From Alphaproteobacteria bacterium (GTDB lineage Bacteria > Pseudomonadota > Alphaproteobacteria > UBA9219 > RGZA01), in assembly GCA_021732145.1 (NCBI GenBank), contig JAKFVN010000005.1:7019-71018 (forward strand): DNA of 64,000 nt, read 5' to 3'. The position numbers and the translations under genes were made by a program. Within the stretch, counting starts at the first letter, position 1; the number at the start of each line of letters is the position of its first letter. Positions 59,942-64,000 of the stretch are shown here, one piece after another. The notes under the pieces were generated by a model. That model was given only the letters and a program-made list of their open reading frames with translations, made no database searches and was not told where the DNA came from.

Positions 59942-60850
59942 ATGGTCATTCGCTTGGGCGCGCTTGGCGATATTCTGCTGTGCATGAAGCCGTTTCAGGA
60001 TATCCGCGCGGCGCAGAACAATGCGAAAGTGACGTTATTGACCATGCCGGCCTTTGCGGGGCTTGCGCGCCAGATGCCGTGGTTTGATGCAGTCATTGAG
60101 GATAAGCGCCCAAGCTGGTGGCAATGGGATGAATGGAAAAAATTATACCATGCCATGCGCTCGCAGAATTTTGATTGCGTGATTGATTTGCAGAACAAGC
60201 CGCGCTCCCGTTTTTACAAACCATTTTTCTTTGCTAAAGACGTGCAATGGTCAAGCACCGCCAGCAATTCCACATTCCCGCCAACGACTTTTCCGTTGAA
60301 AATCCACCGCCAGCAGGAATTGCTGGTGCAATTGCGTAATGCAGGTATTGGCGATAGCGGCCCGTTAAATCTGGATTGGCTGGCAGCGCCGATTAATGAT
60401 TTAAATTTGCCTGCGCGCTATGTGGTGTTTATTCCGGGCTGTTCGCCGCATCTCCTGCATAAACGCTGGCCGCCCGCGCATTACGCCAAATTGGCAAAAA
60501 GCTTTGCTGATATGGGCTGCGGCGTGGTGGTGGTGGGCACCAAGGCCGATGCCGTATCCATCGCCGCGATTAAGGAAGCAGCGGGCTTTATTATTGATGT
60601 ATCTGGCCGCACCAGCTTCGCGCAATTGGCAAGCCTGGTGCGCAAGGCCGAAGGCGTGGTGGGTAATGACACAGGCCCCACATTCCTGGCGGCAATGGTG
60701 GGCGCGCCAACGCTTACCCTTATGTCGCATCACACCGACCCCGTGCGGTCTGGCCCGGTTGGCCCGCGTTGTGCATGGCTGAAGGAAAACAATATCGCGG
60801 ATATCAGCGTTGAAGCGGTTCAGCGCGAAATGGCCAAGTTAATTAAATAG
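59942..60850 (+). CDS. ADP-heptose:LPS heptosyltransferase-like glycosyltransferase family 9
   Basis: IMVIRLGALGDILLCMKPF and NDTGPTFLAAMVGAPTLTL motifs. Confidence 0.8.
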   Translation: MVIRLGALGDILLCMKPFQDIRAAQNNAKVTLLTMPAFAGLARQMPWFDAVIEDKRPSWWQWDEWKKLYHAMRSQNFDCVIDLQNKPRSRFYKPFFFAKDVQWSSTASNSTFPPTTFPLKIHRQQELLVQLRNAGIGDSGPLNLDWLAAPINDLNLPARYVVFIPGCSPHLLHKRWPPAHYAKLAKSFADMGCGVVVVGTKADAVSIAAIKEAAGFIIDVSGRTSFAQLASLVRKAEGVVGNDTGPTFLAAMVGAPTLTLMSHHTDPVRSGPVGPRCAWLKENNIADISVEAVQREMAKLIK

Positions 60851-60855
60851 GCTTC

Positions 60856-62250
60856 TCATTTAATAATGAAGATGGTCGCAAGGCCAAGGAACGCCAGATA
60901 ACCGCATACATCGGTTACGGTGGTTACCAATGCGCTGGATGAAATTGCAGGGTCGATTTTGAATTTATTGAGAATAATGGGGATAAGCGCGCCCGCAAGC
61001 CCCGCCGCAATCATATTGATAATCATGGCGAGCGCGATGACCAGCGCAATCATCCAGTTATGATACCAAAGGCCTGCGCAGATGCTGATAATGCCCGCGA
61101 ACAATAAACCATTGAATGCGCCAACCGATGCTTCCTTGGCAAGGAAGGCGACGGCGTTGACCGATGTTAACTCGCGCAGTGCAAGCCCGCGCACGGCAAC
61201 CGCGAGGGTTTGCGTGCCTGCATTGCCGCCTTGCGAAGCCACAATCGGCATCAGCACGGCAAGCGCAACAACCGATTGCAGCGTGCCTTCGAAAAAGGAA
61301 ATAACATAGGATGCCAGCATCGCGGTGATTAAATTCACAAACAGCCATGTAAAGCGCGAGCGCGTGGTAGTAACAATGTCGCGATAGAAGTCGGGCTCGC
61401 TCACGCCGCTGAGGTGAACCAGTTCTTCGGTAGCGCGTTCCTCGATGATGTCGATGACATCATCAATCGTAATCATGCCGACCAGGCGGTGCTGTTCATC
61501 TTCCACTGGCGCGGAAACAAGGCCGTAGCGCTGGAATAAGTACGCGACTTCCTTTTGGTCCATCATCACCGGCATGCGCTGGCTTTGCTCATCCATGATT
61601 TCTTTGATGGGCGTCGTCGATTTTGCAGTCAGCAAGCGGTGCAGCGGCACAGCGCCAAGGGTATGGCCTTCGCTATCGACTACGAACACGTCGTAAAACG
61701 CTTCCGGCAATTCCTGGCGGCTGCGGATGTAATCCACGCATTGCTGGCTGTTCCAATCATCGGGCACCGCGAGCAATTCGCGCTGCATCAAGCGGCCTGC
61801 GCTGTCTTCCGGATAGGAAAGGGCAGTGCGCAGCGCATCGCGTTCTTCGGCAGGCAGCGCGGATAGAACCTCGCGCTGCGTTTGACGGTCGAGGTTTTCC
61901 ATAACCTCCACCGCGTCATCGGTTTCAAGATTGGTGATGGCTTCGGCAAGCTGGCCGGGTTCCATCTGTTCCACGACATCTTCGCGCACATTTTCATCAA
62001 GCAGCGGAAGCACATCCGGGTTTAATTTTGTCTTTGTTAAATCAAATAACTGCTCGCGCTGTTCGGCCGAGCAAAAATGCAAAAGGTCTGCGTAGTCTTC
62101 GGGTTCTAAGGGATCAATCAGCGCCAGCAATGCCACAGAATCATGGGCATCCAGCGCATCAAACACACGCAGCAAAAATCCATCCGTCAACACGGCGTGT
62201 TTATTGCCCGTTTTCTCTGTTGGGTTGATGGGGTCGGCCATTTGGTTCAA
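60856..62250 (-). CDS. mgtE: magnesium transporter MgtE
   Basis: N-domain, tandem CBS domains, and C-terminal transmembrane helices ending in the motif GLATIFIIK. Confidence 0.9.
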   Translation of the reverse strand: MNQMADPINPTEKTGNKHAVLTDGFLLRVFDALDAHDSVALLALIDPLEPEDYADLLHFCSAEQREQLFDLTKTKLNPDVLPLLDENVREDVVEQMEPGQLAEAITNLETDDAVEVMENLDRQTQREVLSALPAEERDALRTALSYPEDSAGRLMQRELLAVPDDWNSQQCVDYIRSRQELPEAFYDVFVVDSEGHTLGAVPLHRLLTAKSTTPIKEIMDEQSQRMPVMMDQKEVAYLFQRYGLVSAPVEDEQHRLVGMITIDDVIDIIEERATEELVHLSGVSEPDFYRDIVTTTRSRFTWLFVNLITAMLASYVISFFEGTLQSVVALAVLMPIVASQGGNAGTQTLAVAVRGLALRELTSVNAVAFLAKEASVGAFNGLLFAGIISICAGLWYHNWMIALVIALAMIINMIAAGLAGALIPIILNKFKIDPAISSSALVTTVTDVCGYLAFLGLATIFIIK

Positions 62251-62450
62251 CTATGGGGTCAAGACTCTGGTTTTCGCGTAAATCCTTCTCGCGTTTTATG
62301 CTGTGCAGTCTGTTTTCACAAGCAAATAAATCATTGAAATGGAAGTGATTTGCGGCCCCGCTTGACCTATGGTTGCAGCCTTGCGCAACGGCCATTATGG
62401 GCAGTATAGTTAGGCGCGATTTACACGCCATTTTCTGGGGATAAACAGGC

Positions 62451-63518
62451 ATGATTTTGGTAACGGGCGGCGCGGGATTTATCGGTGCGAATTTTGTCCT
62501 TGATTGGCTGGCAGGGAATGCCGAGCCCGTTGTGAACCTTGATAAGCTGACCTATGCCGGCAATGCCGAGAACCTGTCGGCGCTGCAAGGCGATAAGCGC
62601 CATGTGTTTGTGCAGGGCGATATCGGAAATTATGCGCTGGTCGCCAAATTGCTGGCGGAGCATAAACCCCGCGCGATTGTGCATTTTGCTGCGGAATCGC
62701 ACGTAGACCGCTCCATTCACAGCCCTGATGCGTTCATTGAAACCAACGTGATGGGCACCTTCCGCCTGCTGGAAGCGGCCCTGGCCTATTGGCGGGAATT
62801 GCAGGGTGAGGCATCGGGTGCCTTTCGCTTCCTGCATGTCTCCACCGATGAGGTTTATGGCTCATTAGGGCCAACAGAGCCTGCTTTTACAGAAAATCAC
62901 CCGCACCAGCCCAACAGCCCATATTCGGCCAGCAAGGCTGCCGCAGACCATTTGGTGCGCGCATACCACCACACTTATGGGCTGCCGGTGCTGACCACCC
63001 ATTGCTCGAATAATTACGGGCCGTATCATTTTCCTGAAAAGCTTATCCCGCTGATGATTGTCAATGCGCTGGCGGGAAAAGCGCTGCCGGTTTATGGCGA
63101 TGGGCTGCAAATCCGCGACTGGCTGTATGTGACCGACCATTGTGCCGCTATTCGCCGCGTGCTCCAAGCAGGCAGAGTGGGGGAGGCTTATAATATCGGC
63201 GGCAATAATGAACGCGCCAATATCGAACTTGTGAAAGCCATTTGCGCGTTGCTGGATAAGGAACGTCCATTGGCAGGCGGCAAATCCTATGCACAGCAAA
63301 TCACCCATGTGACCGACCGCCCCGGCCATGACCGCCGCTATGCGATTAATGCAGGAAAGATTGCGCGCGAGCTGGGATGGAAACCGACCGAGACGTTTGA
63401 GACGGGCCTGCGCAAAACAGTAGACTGGGTTTTGAAAAACCCGCAATGGATTGCCAATGTGCAATCGGGTGCCTACCGCGAATGGATAAAGAAGAATTAT
63501 CTCGGACAAGTGGCATGA
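62451..63518 (+). CDS. rfbB: dTDP-glucose 4,6-dehydratase
   Basis: [27 protein letters not shown] and other short-chain dehydrogenase/epimerase motifs. Confidence 0.93.
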   Translation: MILVTGGAGFIGANFVLDWLAGNAEPVVNLDKLTYAGNAENLSALQGDKRHVFVQGDIGNYALVAKLLAEHKPRAIVHFAAESHVDRSIHSPDAFIETNVMGTFRLLEAALAYWRELQGEASGAFRFLHVSTDEVYGSLGPTEPAFTENHPHQPNSPYSASKAAADHLVRAYHHTYGLPVLTTHCSNNYGPYHFPEKLIPLMIVNALAGKALPVYGDGLQIRDWLYVTDHCAAIRRVLQAGRVGEAYNIGGNNERANIELVKAICALLDKERPLAGGKSYAQQITHVTDRPGHDRRYAINAGKIARELGWKPTETFETGLRKTVDWVLKNPQWIANVQSGAYREWIKKNYLGQVA

Positions 63519-64000
63519 AGATTTTACTGTTTGGTAAAAACGGCAATCTGGGCAGTGATCTGCAACGCAGCCTTGCGCCGCTGGGTACGCTGGTGGCATT
63601 GAACAGGGGCAGCACGGAGCATTGCGGCGATTTGGGTAATCTGGATGGCATTGCGCACACCATCGCCGCCGTAAGGCCGGATGTGATTGTGAATGCAGCG
63701 GCATATACGGCCGTTGATAAGGCTGAAAGCGAAAAGCCGGTTGCCAAGCTGATAAACACATCAGCGCCCGAAGTAATGGCGGCGGAAGCAAAGCGGTTTA
63801 ACGCCAAGCTCATCCACTTCTCGACCGATTATGTGTTTGATGGCGCGGGCAATAAACCATACCGCGAAACGGATACGCCAAACCCTATCAACACTTACGG
63901 GCAAACCAAGAAGGATGGGGAAGATGCGATTATCGCATCCGGCGCGCAGCATATTATTTTGCGTACGTCGTGGGTGTATGGTGCGGCGGGGCGTAATTTT
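63515..64000 (+). CDS. rfbD: dTDP-4-dehydrorhamnose reductase. The gene's 3' end runs past the window edge.
   Basis: [20 protein letters not shown]...YTAVDKAE...NTYGQTK. The start overlaps the rfbB stop. Confidence 0.85.
   Translation, partial: MKILLFGKNGNLGSDLQRSLAPLGTLVALNRGSTEHCGDLGNLDGIAHTIAAVRPDVIVNAAAYTAVDKAESEKPVAKLINTSAPEVMAAEAKRFNAKLIHFSTDYVFDGAGNKPYRETDTPNPINTYGQTKKDGEDAIIASGAQHIILRTSWVYGAAGRNF

Noticed and set aside
62251-62450. M-box (Mg) riboswitch upstream of mgtE
   Set aside because: The divergent intergenic region shows none of the conserved M-box helices or sequence blocks, and M-box elements are mainly found in Firmicutes.

Overview
This 64-kb window looks like a conserved alphaproteobacterial chromosome backbone (GC about 55%) with a roughly 22.7-kb accessory region inserted in it. 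Backbone gene order, by position: proA/proB, obgE, rpmA, rplU; two tandem TPR-GT9 glycosyltransferase paralogs and a GT2; then, after the accessory region, a thioredoxin/TPR protein, a Lon-N-domain protein, Trm112 and DUF971 genes; uvrA, ssb, dnaE; the run rpsB-tsf-pyrH-frr-uppS-cdsA-dxr-rseP-bamA-skp-fabZ-lpxA-lpxI-lpxB; and finally GT4, a GT9 heptosyltransferase, mgtE, rfbB and rfbD. The accessory region lies between tRNA-Arg(ACG) (9915-9991, plus strand) and tRNA-Gly(GCC) (32626-32700, minus strand), and both tRNA 3' ends point into it. It has att-like direct repeats at both borders: a perfect 51-bp copy of the tRNA-Arg 3' half at 11566-11616, and two tandem 89-bp tRNA-Gly-3'-like units at 32448-32625. 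No integrase, transposase or recombinase is recognisable anywhere in the window. Inside the region, three operons are each preceded by a copy of a conserved leader module of about 350 bp that contains a 49-nt stretch identical in all three copies. Operon 1 encodes a GT28/MGDG-synthase-like glycosyltransferase, a calcineurin-like metallophosphoesterase and a HAD hydrolase. Operon 2 is a roughly 10-kb block of four translationally coupled genes (321, 1062, 1103 and 756 aa) of unknown function; the second carries a metallo-beta-lactamase HxHxDH signature, and none has an NTP-binding motif. Operon 3 encodes a Nudix-like protein, an ATP-grasp ligase and a PhoH-like ATPase. A secreted alpha/beta hydrolase gene and a subtilisin-like protease gene follow. 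A short AT-rich segment (about 38% GC) carrying another HAD hydrolase gene sits directly after tRNA-Arg. All functional calls rest on motif recognition in the translated ORFs; no database search was possible.
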